Origin: the human T2T-CHM13v2.0 reference genome, Homo sapiens
Length of the DNA stretch: 64,000 bases
NCBI RefSeq assembly: GCF_009914755.1
Contig: NC_060943.1
Strand: one strand, 5' to 3'
Shown: piece by piece, positions 1 through 24,190 of the stretch
How positions within the stretch are numbered: position 1 is the stretch's first letter
Layout of the letters: every line of letters begins with the position of its first letter
Made by a program: the position numbers and the translations under genes
Notes under the pieces: model-generated
The model's database searches: none
Told to the model about the DNA's origin: nothing
What the model saw: only the letters and a program-made list of their open reading frames with translations

Positions 1-552
1 AGTGGGAAGTGCTGAAGTGGAAAGTTCTGGAATGTTTCAGGAAAAAGGCTGGAGGCTTAGAGGAAAGGCTGTCGCTCCTAATATGGCTGGCAACCCTGGA
101 TGGGCTGTGTTCCTCCCACCTGCCCATCCTCTCACTGCTGCCACCTCTAGGGACACAACCTCTCTTCATGTCCACCTTCCCAAACTCACCTGCACTCCTC
201 CATTATCTGACTTTATGTGAAAGCAGTGCTAAGATCCCTCTCCTGCAATGCAAGAAGGAGATGAGAGGCCCGGGTCCCCACAGACAACTCAGCAGTGGGG
301 TCCTGCTGAAGTGGGACCGGGCAGAATCATGCACTCCCAACATCCTGGATCCTGACTGGGGGTAACAGTGAAGTTCAAAGACCATGCCATCAAAATCTCC
401 AGAGTGAGGCTCCTCCCTGGGGTCCCTGAGGTCTGTCCAGGAGCTGCTCCCTGAGCAAATCTAGAGCGTGGAGGGCTGGGGTTGTGGCAGTAAAAGCAGC
501 CACATTTGTCTCAGGGTGGAAAGGGAGACGGTGAGCTCCAGTAAGGGCAAGG

Positions 553-567
553 GCGCCATCTAGTGGG
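553..567 (-). promoter_or_regulatory. Candidate CTCF site
   Basis: Reverse complement CCCACTAGATGGCGC fits the core CCASNAGRKGGCRS. Confidence 0.55.
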
Positions 568-747
568 CGCCTCCTGCTAAGGAGCAAGGAGACCAGGAGA
601 GCGGAGATCAGGGCTGGCCTTGGACTAAGGGGTGAGTTCAGGTGGAGGGGACTGAGGTGTAAGGAGGCGGGTGAAGTGGGGAAGTGGTGGGGAGACATGG
701 GAGGAGCAGGTGAGGGGAAGCTTCAGGGAAGCTGCGGGAGGGCACAG

Positions 748-940
748 CAGGGCTCTCCACTCCTCAGCATTGACATTTGGGTGGTCAAACTGGTGGGGCT
801 CTGTGAACTGCAGGGTGTTCAGCACCATCCACCCACTCAATGCCAGCAGGACTCCCTCCCCCAGCTCTGACAACCAACAATGTTTCCAGACTTTGCCAAA
901 TGTCCCCTAGAGGGCAAAATTTCCCCTGGCAGAGTCACTG
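748..940. mobile_element. MER20-like hAT DNA transposon relic
   Basis: cattgacatttgg ... aatgtttccagactttgccaaatgtcccct...ggcaaaat signature. Confidence 0.65.
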
Positions 941-3639
941 ATCCACACTAATCTCTAATAACAATTCACCAGTAAAATCCTTCACTTGGGAGAAGAATCG
1001 CATGTGTGGGAAGAGTAGAAACTTATATCTTCAATATCTGTCAAAATGGCTTTCATTTATTCCATAATTTGATGTACCAGGAGAAGGCATGTTTAGAGAT
1101 GATGCCATTTGGCTGCCTGTACCTCACAGCAGGAATGACATGGGCTTTCCAAGGATCTATACAACAAAAACCAGAATGACACACACTGAGTTACACTACA
1201 AAGTGGGACATGGGGGATCCTGTAGACATTGAAAGAAGAAAATGCATGACCCCAAGGCACCAGATAGTCCACTCTGATGCTCTCACCATCCTAGAAAACA
1301 TCTCAGCCATGAATGCAGTCACATATGTCATTAGGAAGGAATGTCTTATTAAGGGGAAAATTGTAGCAAAGGAATTTCTGTTTATGTTCAAATTTGTAGA
1401 CTTTTGTATTATTCTTTAAATAAGAATCTACTCTCCCCCAAAATGAATGCAATCAGTGTCTGGACAGTGTTGGGGTCTTACTCCTGGCCCCTGGGAGCTG
1501 GGAGCTGACAGTGCCCTGCTGCCCCAGCCCTGGGCCTTCTCTGAACCTCAAGAACACTGGATGGCCCCCATTTAGGGAGTAGAGAGGAGAGGTCTTTTAA
1601 ACATCCTCACCAGTCACCTCTCCACCTTTCAGACCCTGGGCAGAATCTGTTGCCCACTCTTGGATTTGATCTTTAAGTTACTGACTTTAAAGCATTTTGA
1701 CACTTTTTTTTTTTTTTGGTAGTCAGAAGCTTTCCACCTCCTTGGGAAAAGTGATTCTCTACTCTATGTACAGGAATAACCAGTAGAAATAGAGAAAAAA
1801 TGCATTAATATTCAGAAAGAAGATGATCTCTATGTGAACAAATGAAAGCTTAAAATCATCAGAGTCAACATAAAATCAACATTGCCAGTGCTAAAACTAC
1901 AAAAGTGACATTAACGGTGAACTAGAAGAATAAAACAAGCATTACAGTTGCTGGTAAACCTAAATCACTTATTTTTTTAAAAGACCATTCTGGTATATTG
2001 CAATGATGACAGGAGTGCCCTTCAGTCAATATGATGCCTGTAATTTTTGTGACCTGGCAAGATATACTGTCCCTTCTCCTTTTAAATCTCAAATGCAAAA
2101 TGAGAGGCAACTCCTGGGTCACCCCCTCCCAGAGCAAACTGCCTGCAAGCAGCCCCTGGAAGAGCAGAGGCCCTAGTTTCCCTGATCCTCAAGGCAGGAG
2201 CGATGGGAAGCTCCCTGTAAGCCGGGGGAGAGCTTTGTTCCCAGAATGTTCCTCCTCTTCCCAGAGGCACCAACCCCGATGCCCTGACACTTACCTTCTG
2301 CTCTCTCGCCCAATGTTCACTCAAATATTGAGTGCTTGGTGAGTCTGCAGAGCTCAGGAACTTCTGGGAGCCAAATCACCACCAGCTCCTCCAGAAAAGA
2401 TACCTGTGCACACCCAAAACCACCCCACTGAGCCCTGCCTGGGGTCTGTACCACATCCAGCATGTGCACTGTGAGCATAGAATCCGGCCCTGAATTCATG
2501 ACCACCCACCAACATGCCCCCAACTGAAACCAGCAAATTCCCACACATGGCAAGCACTGAGGCTTGGAGGTGCTTTCTCACGAGGTGGTTCTGCTTCCAC
2601 CATGGGGTGGTTGTCACTGACACTGGAAGTTGCTCAGCACCTGATAGTGGTGCAGGACTCAGGGACCCTCAACATCAATCTGGTGAAGGCAGATGGGGCC
2701 CCTCCAGATCTTCTCCCACCTGCAGGTGCCCAGCTCAGTAAGACCCCAACCCTGGGAGGAGGATCCAGACCCCTGTGCCAGGTAGACCAAGCTTGAGGCC
2801 TCAGGCAATGAGAGAGAAGGAGATGGAGGTCTGACCAGGAGCTGCTCTTCCTTGAGAGCCCGGGTCCCTTCCTTGTGCAAAGGCTTGGCTTATGAACAGA
2901 ATCCTCAATCTGTAGTGACAGTGCCTAAGAGGATGACATGGACTCCGGCCTGATGTGCAGCCGTCCCTGTCTAACCCCTCCCTGCTGCAGGACAGCACCA
3001 GCCCAGGAGAGGAATCCTCAGTTGGGGAGCCAGTAAGAACATGGAATACTCGGGGCCTCTTACCTTCCTCCAGTCCACAGCAGCAGCCACCGTTTGTGCC
3101 TAGGACACCCACCTGCTGGCCCTTCTGACCCTTACAGTCAGGCCTTCCAGATGCCACTCCTGACTCAAGGCCCAGCTACTTTCACCCTGCTGAGCCCTGC
3201 TCCTCCCAACCAGGGTCACTGCCTTGCTAAGCACCTCCTCCAGCTCCAGCTGACTGGTCACCCAACACCCAAACCCCAGAGGACAAACAAGAAAATAAAC
3301 AGATATGAAGTCTGAAGGAGATGCAGGCTATGAAGACAAATAAAAGAGTAAGCATGAATATAACTCCACCAACAAAATTGTTTCCCAAAACAAAATCTTC
3401 TGTGCCCATGATCATGGAACTAATTGTCCCTCACTATGTAGGCAAGCACTTCCAGGGTCTCTCAATTATTTCATGGGTGTCAATATACACTGTAACATAG
3501 CAACTCAGAAAAGAAAGTGGGAATAATTTATCTACTTAGATTAAGGTCCTAAAAAGGTCTCCAGACTGCCAAAAAAGGAGAGCTGAACCACTCCTGCTTT
3601 GAGAACCATTGAACTACATCTTTTTTAAAAGTCACCCCA

Positions 3640-5110
3640 GAATGGCCAAAACAATCTGGAAAAAAAAATTGGAGGACTCACTTCCTAATTTGAAAACTTA
3701 CTAAAACACTACAATCATTAAAACAGTGTGCTTCTGGCACAAGAATGCACATAGAGATCAATGGAATAGAATCAAGAGTCCAGAAATAAACCCTCACCAT
3801 TACAGCCCATTGGTTTTTGACATGGGTGCCAAGATTCCTCAATGGGGAAAGAATGGTAGCCTCTTCATATTGTGCTGGAACAACTGGATAACCACATGCG
3901 AGATAGTGTAGTTAGACCCCTACCTCACAGCCCATACAAAAGTTAACTCAAAATGTTTCAAAAACCTAAATGGAATAGCAAAACTTATCAAACCATTAGA
4001 AGAACATATAGGAGTAAAACTTAATGATCTTGGATTGGGCAATGGTTTCTTCAATATGACATCAAGAGCATAAGTAACAAAATTAAAAATAGATAAGTGA
4101 ACTTCATCAAAGTTAAAAATGTTTGTGCTTCAAAGAACACCATGAAGAAAGTGAGAAGACACAGAATATGAGAAAAATTTTGCAAATCATGTACCCCATA
4201 AGGGACTTGTATCTAAAATATATAAAGAACTATTACAACTGAATAATAAAAAGATAACCCATTTTTTTTAAACAGCAAATGATTTGAATAAATAGTTCTC
4301 TAAAAAATATTAAAATTGTCAGCAAATACATGAAAAAATGCTCAACTTCATCAGCCACCAGGGAAATGAAAATCAAAACTGCAATGAGCTATCACTTCAC
4401 ACCTACTAGAATGGCTATAAGTTTTAAAAAATATTAAATAGTAAGTGTTTACAAGAATGTAGAGAAAATGGAACCCTCGTATATTGCTGATGGGAATATA
4501 AAATAGCACAGCAAACTGGAAAACAGTTTGGCTGTTTCTCAAAAACTTAAACATAGAACTACCACATGACCCCATATTTATACTCCTATATGTACCCCCA
4601 AAGAAATGAACACAGAAACCCAAACAGATACTTCCAAGTGTAAGTTCATTGCAGCGGTTTTCACAATAGCAAAAATGTGGAAACCACCCACATGTCCATT
4701 AAGAGATGAATGAATTAAAATTGAGGTATAAACATATATTGGGATATTACTCAGCCATAAATAGGAAAGAAGCTGTAATATATGCTACGACGTGGATGAA
4801 TCTTAAAAGTGTTACCCTAAGAGAAATAATCCAGAAAAAAATAATACACGTATATAATTCCTTATTATATGAGACATGTAAACTAGGCAAATTCACAGAG
4901 ATTGATAGTATCAGAGGCTACCAGTGGGTGGGGCAGGGGGAAGTGGGGAGTTATTGATTAAAAGTATGAAGTTTCCATTTGGTATAATGAAGATTTTCTG
5001 GTAAAAAATTATGGTGATGGTTGTACAACATTGTGAATAGAATTAGTATCATTTAATTCTACACTTAAAATTGCTAATTCAGTACATTTATCTTATGTAT
5101 TATACCATAT
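3640..5110 (+). mobile_element. LINE-1 3' portion (ORF2 C-terminus + 3' UTR; old L1M-type)
   Basis: Decayed ORF2 peptide DQWNRIKSPEINPH...WNNWI; L1 3' UTR motifs. Confidence 0.9.
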
Positions 5111-5599
5111 CTAAAGAGATCTTTGGGAAACAAACACTCGCCCTGATCAGATAGTCCTCATACTCATGTACACACCCTTCCTGACCTTCTGTAAAAAGGG
5201 ATACAAAGATTTAGGGACATGAGACAGTTCAGGCAACTGCAGATCCACAAAATATATGTATTTGCAAAGAGAATGAGAGTTAAGCTGGGGGCACAGACCC
5301 CAGACACGGAGAGGGTCCCCCTGAAACCTTCACCAAGGACAGCAGAACCCAGAGCCTCCCACCTCCTTCCATCAAAGTCCTCTCTTCCCAGGACACACAG
5401 GACACCTCCCTCCACACCTAGGAGCTGGGGATCCTCCCGAGACCTCCAGGCCTGGGTCTCTGTCCCTGGGTCAGAGGCCAGGCTGGTGACACTGAAGATA
5501 GCGGGTGGGTCCTTCCCAGCCATCACCCAGTGAGCCCCTTTCTAGCCCCCAGAGCCACCTCTGTCACTTTCCTGCTGGGCATCATTCTGCCTTCCTGGA

Positions 5600-15623
<10,024 letters not shown>

Positions 15624-15905
15624 GTAAGACTGTCCGTTCCCAATCCCATTTCCACTGGGGCCCCAGCTGTGCAGGCTCAGGGCAGGGGGACTGTCAATCC
15701 CCAGCACAAACCCACCCTACCCAGAATGACTTGGATAAGGTTAGACCTGCCCTGGCCATGAGCTGGGCCTCTGTTCAGGGCCAGGATCATCCACTCCCTG
15801 TGCTAACCCCACCCTGGGACCCTCCATCACCTGAGGAGAGCCCTGGAATTCCTACACAGCAGGAATCCTTCCCTGTCCCCTGACACCCCTCTCTCCCCTG
15901 CCCAG

Positions 15906-15947
15906 ATTCCCCTACCCAGCACCAGGGCAGCTGCTCTCATCTATGAG
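15906..15947 (+). other. CEACAM21 post-stop 42-nt exon homologous to CEACAM4 exon 6 (first ITAM tyrosine)
   Basis: cccag|ATTCCC...TATGAG|GTGAGT; would read IPLPSTRAAALIYE, matching APLPSPRTATPIYE in CEACAM4. Confidence 0.8.
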
Positions 15948-16215
15948 GTGAGTGGGGGCCACAGATATTCTGGTCCCTTGGGCCCCAGGGAGACCCAGGA
16001 TCTGTCCCCACTGGCATCTGGCTGAGCTGAAGTTCAGGAAACTGCAGTGAAAATAACAGGAGGTGGTGAGCAGAGGAGGGAGGGGCCTGGGAGCAGGAAC
16101 CCCCTGAGCACAGCCAGGTTCAGTCCCAGAGTAGCCCTGGGTGGGCCCAGAGAGAGATGCCAGACCCTGTTCTGAGAAGGCCTCAGGGGTCAAGACCTCT
16201 TCTCTGTTTTTACAG

Positions 16216-16600
16216 GAATTGCTACACTCTGACACAAACATTTACTGCTGGATCGACCACAAAGCAGATGTGGCTTCTTAGGTTCCTCTGGGAGCTGCTC
16301 CTGTGGGTTGATGGAGCGTCCCTGAAGCCCCCAGCCCTGGGGATGGGGAAGGACATGGAGCCTGAGCCAGAGAACCAGCTCTGAGTCCTGAGGAGACACA
16401 GGCCTGGGGACAGGAAGGGATGGGGGTCCCTGCTGAATATATAGAGACCTCAACAGACTGCCCCGGGCTCTGGGTGGGCCAAGGCGAAGGCTTCCCATCA
16501 CCACAGGAAGTGGGGGCTTGCAGGGAAAGTGAATGGGCCTATGGCCCACCCGGGGTCACCTGGAAAGGATCTGAATAAAGGGGAAACTTCCTCTCATTGG
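16216..16600 (+). other. CEACAM21: CEACAM21 terminal (3' UTR) exon; 16216-16281 is the vestigial ITAM-coding segment
   Basis: tttttacag|GAATTG acceptor; would read ELLHSDTNIYCWIDHKADVAS*; 3' end approximate, set from the AATAAA. Confidence 0.85.
16574..16579 (+). terminator. Polyadenylation signal of CEACAM21
   Basis: AATAAA at the position homologous to the CEACAM4 signal (48792-48797). Confidence 0.8.
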
Positions 16601-17740
16601 CTCTTTTTCTGCTCATGGGAACTTAGCAGAAACTCACCTGAAACTCCATGTCCATTCTCTCCTGGGTCACACAGGAAAAATATCTCCACCTTATCTCAAC
16701 CCCAGTCTCTCTTCCCTGGAAAGACAGGAGTAGGGGGTTAGGAGTCAGGCTGGGGTGGACCCTACACAGGAAAGGGCAGGATTCGCAGGAGTCCTGCCCA
16801 GCCAGCTGAGTGCTCAGCTGTCCTCACACTACCCTAGAGACCAAGGCCATGCACAGCCCCAGCCTGGGTCCCTCTGTGAATGCATGAGATGTCTCAGGAG
16901 TGCAAAAGTTGGGGCCATCTGATGTCCACACAAAGGTGAGCAATGCAGGAGCATCCATGGGTGGTACAGATCGTGGGTGTGACCTCCACACAGCCTCCAG
17001 TGTCCTGAGCCCTCCTGCTCTCTTCACCCAGGCCCTGGAGGCCGTATCTATCACTGTCCCCCAGCAATGAGCTTGCCTGTCCCCAAATCCAGGATCCTGG
17101 ATGCTTAGCTCTGGCCACCAGGTTCTCCTCTGTCCCAATGGCCACTGCTCAGGAGATCTTTATCCCCGTGGGACACAGAGAGGGGTTGTCAGAGTAACCA
17201 AGGTGGGAACAGACCAAGAATTCAGTCCTTGAGCAAGGTCCTCCCAGGCACTACCCAGGACTCTAGCCCCTCATTTCCCATCAGTTCCCAATTTACCCCC
17301 TGGCGTGGATCTCACTGAGCAAGCCTCCTCTCCACACAGGAGCGTCCAGGTCAGAGGAGCAGGGTTCCCCAACCTAAAGCTCGTGCAGGCTCCCATGGCG
17401 ATGGGACAACCTGTCTGCCCCTCTACCTGGACCCACAGGCCCCTCCAGCCCTGCCTCACCTGCAGCTCCTCCACACACCTGGGCCAGCTGTTCTCAGCCC
17501 TTCCCTGAGGGCCCTGGGGAGAGTAACGATCTCATGTAGGTTCACTTGGACCAGGTGCTACCTTCCCACAAACAAGCCGGTCCCTCCACTAAAGCACAGA
17601 GCCGTGGTTTCCAAGGGTGTTCTGCCATTGTCCAGGGTTGTTGGCCATGAGATAGGAAGTAGGAAAAGCAACCTGCAATATTTACATCAGGATTTAGCTG
17701 TAAATGACCCTGGATCCCACCTGCACACAAGGTGACTCCT

Positions 17741-18182
17741 CTGTAGGTTCCTGTTGAGGCTGTGACAAATTCCCACAAGCTAAGTGACACAGAAACTTGA
17801 ACCAAGGTGCCCACATGGCTGCGTTCTTTCTGGAGGCTCCAGGGCAGAGTGCGTTTCCTCTCCTTTTCCACCTCCTAGAGGCCTCCTGCATCCTTGGCTG
17901 TGTCCTCTTTCTCCATCTTCAAAGCCAGCAGTGCAGCATCTTGACACCGCTCTGTCTTCTGCATCTATCCCCACATCTCCTCCTCCTTCTCTGACTCTCC
18001 CACCTCCCTCTCTCATTTGTAAGGAAGGGATTCTGTGATTATGTTGGACCCATCTGGATAAACTACAATAATCTTCCAAACTCATAATCCTTCATTTAAT
18101 CTGTAAGGTCTCTTACCATGTGACAGATTCACAGATGCTGGGGGTGATGATGTGACATTTTTGAAAAGCCCCTGTTCTGTCC
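17741..18182. mobile_element. MLT1-type MaLR LTR (duplicated copy at 47193-47622)
   Basis: gctgtgacaaattcccacaagct / ttctggaggctc / ctccatcttcaaagccagca motifs. Confidence 0.7.
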
Positions 18183-21080
18183 ATCACCCCTTTCAAGACC
18201 ATTTTCTCATCCTTGCTCACTACAAACTGCACATGGGCTCCTGGACAAGGCCATCCTGACTGTGGTGTCAGTTTCTGCAATAATGTCTACAGCAGCTTCA
18301 GGGTTATGGGAGAGCAAGACAGAAGTCACTTCAAGATCCTGAACACCTCTCCACCTTCTCATTGTTAATGATGCTCTGTTGTTAAAAGTGAAAGGAGAGC
18401 AGAGGTAACTAGAAGATTCTACATCACACTCTGTTCCATAGCTCTTGGTCGTCAGCACCACGGACAGTGTCTCAGGAATGTTCATTCTGAGGTGCTGCAG
18501 CAGGAAGGTGGCAGATGAGAACAGACTGCTGGAAAGATGTCCATGTCTAGTTTACAAGAAAAAGACACAACCAGGAACAACGTTATTGCAGGGAAACTTG
18601 ATCTGCTCTATTTTATATATCGCAAAATTTTTGCATGCATCTGGATGTTGGGGTTCTTGGCACATCTATTGCCATACCCTGCAGAGCTGAGTGCTGCACC
18701 CAGGGTGTGGTCTCTGGGAGGCTGAGAGCCTGCTTTGGCCACATGGTAAGTCTCCCTGACCCTGACAATCAGGCCATTTTCTCTGCCTACAGAAGGTGGG
18801 AACTTTTCATGGTTAATTTTTGACCCCCGTGCCTGACCCTGGAACCACACACATCACGCTGCCTGGAGCATGCCCTGAGCACAGCATCCTGCTCCTCCAG
18901 CCCCAGCTGAGCCCCTGAGAAGCTGAGCTGACCAAGCCCATGGGCTTCTGTACCAGATCCTCCAAGCCAAGCCTTGTCACCCCCATCTTGCTAATTCCTG
19001 CCCACGTCACACCCACAGAGAAGACTCTGGTCCTACAGACCAGCGCTGCCCTTACAGAGACTCAGGTCCAGCCTATCCAGTGTCCCTGCTGGGCACACAC
19101 AGCACTCAGGATGCCCAATTTAAGGGTCATCTGTGGGCTCGGGGGTGGGGAGGTCCTGTAACTTGCATGGGTCAGAGCCCTCCTCACATCCTACATTTCA
19201 GCAGTCACCAGGGTCCTCTCTGCCCTGTCCTCACCTTCAATGTCTCAATGACTCACTCAATGTCCTGGGTCATCCTTGTCATCTCTCCTGGACATAGCCA
19301 CAGCTCCTGACAGGAGGGGTTGAGGCTCTGTCTCTCCATCAGTCCCTCCCACTCTGACCACATGAACCTGGTCAGCCCCATCTGAGCCTCATCCCCTCAC
19401 CAGGGGCCCTGTGCTCTGGATCCCTGGATACCTGGGTCCTTGTCATGCAAACTTGACAACAGTAATAACCACCAGGCCCTGGCATCCTCACGCAAAGCAC
19501 ATGTCTAATGAGAGACAACTGTGGCTCCACACACCTTGAGGCTTCACTGCTCAGGGGCATCCTCATCCCTCTCCTCCCACCCCTAGAGATGGTAAGCACC
19601 ACCAGCCCCTTCCCCCAGACCACAGCCTCAGATCTATTCTGACCCTCTATACAGAGAGGCTCTAGGGAACAGCAGGCACTATGAAATCCCACCGACCCAG
19701 GTGCCACCCGCGGCCTCACCCCTCCTCATATCTATGATGGGGACAGACACACATAACACACCTCTGCTCACTGCCCAGTCCCCAAGGTCAATCGCAGTCT
19801 GCTTCTCCCCTAGATCCACTGCTCCCCATGTCTTCCCTCCCCAGCTGCAGCCTGGGTGGACTCCCTGCTTTTCTCAGTCCATGAAGGCAGGTTCCAACCT
19901 TTGTGTTGTTGCCTGCAATGCCCTCCCTTCTCTTCCCTTCCCTATGAGCGCACACCTGCCCATCCCCCTACCTTCTGGCCAAAGTCATCAGCCACCTGCT
20001 CCCCTCAGTCTTCCCCAACCCTGCCCATGGAGGTGACGGTTCCTCCTAGAACACCCACCACTCACTCTTGGCTTTGGGTGGTAATCACAGGTTCTGCAGG
20101 GGTCACCTGTGCTCAGGTGTGTCACCTGTGGAACCAAAACTTCTGAGCAGAGGGAGCTGCTCAGGACATCTTAGGGGCCCTGACCTCTGGTCTACCACAG
20201 GAACTCAATGCGATCTTGGTGGGACTGTGGTTTAGTCCCTATAGCAACCTTGACCTCATCATGTTTAATGTGCACATGCTCCGACCAGTATCCCACTTCT
20301 AAGAGCCTCCCTGAGCTGTGAGCTCTGTGAAGGCAAGACTGTGCCTGTCCTCTCTCTGCTGAAGACAGTGACCAGCCCACAGCCTGGCACAGGATGCTTC
20401 ATAAACATGCGTTGACTGAATGAGCTCCTGGATCAATACTCCACATGGGGAAAAGACATGTGTATGAAACACTGCAGAATGTCTCGTCATTATGAAAACT
20501 GGGAAACAGCCCAGTAACTTAAAAAAAAGATTGAGATGAAGGTCACAGAAAATACCATATGTTTAGGAAACAAATAATAGCAATTCGGGTCCACTGAATC
20601 AGGGCAGCCCTGACTAGTGTTCTGTAAGACAAGCACAGGAGAGGGTTTTCTTTACAGGTAATTTCCACAAAAAGTTGTTTTCAGAAGCAGCTCATTGGCT
20701 GAGAAGGAATCCTAAATCACAAGTCCATTCCATTCTATGTGCTTAGTTAATTTTAGGGTTCTCCTAGTTGAGATGTTGAAGGCTGGTGAATACTGACTTC
20801 AGCTGTTTATCCAAATCTATTGGAACATTCTGTGGTTTGAGCTCTTGCTGGTGAAAGTGCAATTGTCTTGCAATCTCCTGACTCCACTTTAGAAAGCTTT
20901 AGCCTTTGTTACTTCATTTTCTGTCACAAGATTCCAACCCAGGAACAGGGGTGTGGACAAAGCATTGAGTGTAGCCATGCAATGAGAAAAAGGGGAGCCA
21001 ATAACAAACACAAGATAAAATCCATATGTATTGATATAAGAGGTGCCCACCACACATGATTCAGTAGAACAGAATGGTCT

Positions 21081-21389
<309 letters not shown>

Positions 21390-22319
21390 TCAGCAATAAT
21401 ATAATTCAATGGGTATTTTGGCGTAAAACGACAAGTGAGATAAACAGAGTATTATTAAAGAGAGATTCACACCAACTGCAAACAGTGGTAACATCCTGGA
21501 AATTTAATTGGGGAAGGGGTGGGGTCAAGGATAAGACACCTTATTTTACGCATGATTAGATTCCTGGGATTTACAATAAATATGATGACTTACATCATTT
21601 TTAAAGTAACAGAAGAAACCATTTGAAAAGACTCAGGAGGTGTGTAAGGTCCTTTGGGTCTAGAGCCCAGGCCTCCCTCTATCCCCCACACTTCTGCGTC
21701 TCTATCCCCCACACTCTGAGATGGCCCTTTGAAGTCTCCCCATCTCACCCCTCAGAGACAGAGGCATGGAGATCCCTAGGGGGAGGGACCTTGCTGCAGC
21801 TCCCAAAGCTGGGGGCAGGGGGCAGAGTGAGGTTCTGTCCAGCCCAACATGCACTGAGTGGGCACCTACTGTGCGCTCCTTCTGGCCAGTGGGATGGTCC
21901 CTGGCCTGCAGAGTTTCACCACTCAGTGGATGCTGGGAATGGAACAAAAAAGACCAAACCACCCTGTAGGTCCAGGGATGGCTGGCCTCCCTCAGCAGGG
22001 CCCACAGCCCCCCATGGTTCACCCTCACCAAGGTCACCTCAACCCACCTCCTCCTCACCCTCCAAGCTCTGCACACGAACTCTGTCACCTCTTCCCTGCA
22101 GCCAGGTGGCCGCCCACCTGAGGCCACTCCCTCTGCAGGCAGCTCCTGCCCCCACACCCCCTCCTTCCCAGGGCTCAGTCAAAAGGGCATCTCCCAAGGC
22201 ACAGCAACTCAGCCCGTCACAGGCTCTGGTGTCCCCAGTGCTGTCCCCTCACAGCCCTTCTCTCATTATCATTAACTCCTCAATCGCATGAAGTTCACTG
22301 AGTGCCTGTTTCCCTGTCA

Positions 22320-22548
22320 CATGAGGTCAGGAGTTCTATACAAGCCTGGACAATATGGTGAAATCCCGTTTCTACTAAAAATACAAAAATTAGCTGGGTG
22401 TGGTGGCATGCACCTGTAGTCCCAGGTACTCAGGAGGCTGAGGCAGAAGAATTGCTTGAACCCAGGAGGCAGAGGTTAGTGAGCCGAGATCGTGCCACTA
22501 CACTCCAGCCTGGGCAACAGAGCGAGACTCCACCTCAAAAAAAAAAAA
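22320..22548 (+). mobile_element. 5'-truncated Alu
   Basis: Alu consensus from gaggtcaggagtt to poly(A). Confidence 0.9.
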
Positions 22549-22734
22549 TCCAATTCCAAACACTAATAAAAAATATGGACTTTGGCATGAACCCATGGTA
22601 GGGGAATGGGGAGACCAAAAATCCCCTGACTGGGAAAGTGATAGGCTAGTACACTGCTGTCCAATAAAAAGAAAACCCAGGACACCCTCACTGTTTTGTG
22701 TTGATCTTTTTTCTTAGGTCTCATCATAACCGTT

Positions 22735-24190
22735 TTATGAATGTGGGAGCTCCAAAGTTAGGTGCATATATATTTAGGATTGTAATATCTTCTTGTTTGA
22801 TTGATCCTTTTATCATTATATAGTTGCCTTATTTGTCTTTTTCTTACTGTTGTTGCTTAAAGTCTGTTTTATATGATATAAGGATAGCTATTCCTTCTCA
22901 CTTATGGTTTCCATTTGCATGGAATATCTTTTATCATCTCTTTACCTTGAGTCTATAAGAATCCTTACATGTTAAGTGAGTCTCTTGAAGACAGCTGATA
23001 TTTGGTTTGTGATTTTTTATTTATCTTGCCAATCTGTGTCTTTTAAGTGGAGTGTTAGGTCATTTACATTCAATGTTAATATTTGTTCCAGTCATCATGT
23101 TGATCGTTATCTACTTTGTTTTCTTATTGTGTTATTGTTTTATAGGCCATTTGAATTTTTTGGTTTCAAGAGGTTCTATTCTGTTCTATTTAAATCTTTT
23201 GTTTTGTGATTTAGAAGTCCCTTTAACATTCCATGTAGGATGGTCTAGCCGTGACAAATCCTGAAGCATTTGCTTGCCTGAAAAAGACTGTATTTCTCTC
23301 TTTCATTTTGAAATATAATTTCACTCTACACAAGATTCTTGGCTGAGAGCTATTCTGTTTAAGAAGCCAAAAGATTAGGACCCCAATACCTTCTGGTTTG
23401 TAAGGTTTCTGATGAGAAATCTGGTGTTAGACTGATAGGTTTTCCTTTATAAGTTAATTGATGCTTTTGTCTCACTGCTCTTAGAATTCTTGCCTTCACA
23501 TTGACTTTAGATAACCTATGACTATATGACTTGGTTATATCCTTTTTGGCAGTGAATCTCCTGGATCACTTGAGCCCAGGAGTTCAAGACCAGCCCTGGG
23601 TAAGATGGCAAAACCCCATCTCTACTAAAAATACAAAAAATTAGCCTGGCCTGGTGGCACACGCCTTTAGTCCTAGCTACTTGGAAGGCTAATGTGGGAG
23701 AATCATCTGAGCCCAGGAAGTTGAGGCTGCAGTGAGCCATGACTGTGCCACTTCACTCCAGCATGGGTGATGAGAGTAAGAGCCTGTCTCAAAAAAAAAC
23801 TAGCTAGCATTTTAGAAAATTTTTCATTTATATTCTGATTGTTTTTTACATTTCTTTATGTTGGTTTTCACCCTTCTCTTGTATCTCTTTGAGTAGCTTA
23901 ATAATCAAACCTTGTAGGCATGCATTATTCTTTTAATTCTTTTTTCTTTTGTCTCTCTGACTCTGAGTTTTCATATATTATCTCTTCAAGCTCACAAATT
24001 CTTTCTTCTGCTTGATCAATTCTGCTGTTGAAAGATTTAGTGCATTCTTCGGTTTGTCAATTGAATTTTTCAGCTACAGAATTTCTGCCTGATTTTTAAA
24101 AATTATTTCAGTCTATTAAATTTATCTGATAGGATTCTGAATTCCTTCTCTGTGTTACCTTGAATTTCACTGAACCTCTTCAAATAGCTA
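22735..24190 (-). mobile_element. Old LINE-1 fragment (ORF1/ORF2 region) interrupted by an Alu
   Basis: T-rich antisense L1 sequence (ttaggtgcatatatatttaggattgt; cttctgcttgatcaattctgctgttga). Confidence 0.8.
23562..23799 (+). mobile_element. AluJ-like, 5'-truncated
   Basis: ggatcacttgagcccaggagttcaagaccagcc ... poly(A). Confidence 0.9.

Noticed and set aside
940-3400. Unassigned sequence upstream of CEACAM21, possibly upstream exons or a lncRNA
   Set aside because: No recognisable protein homology or supportable exon structure from sequence alone.
16800-20150. Pairs of similar ORFs here and at 44370-48850 that look like a conserved gene family
   Set aside because: Explained by the inverted duplication; frames, starts and stops differ between the two arms.
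21623-22291. 222-aa Pro/Ser-rich ORF
   Set aside because: Non-ATG start, low complexity from C-rich sequence, no recognisable domain or splice structure.
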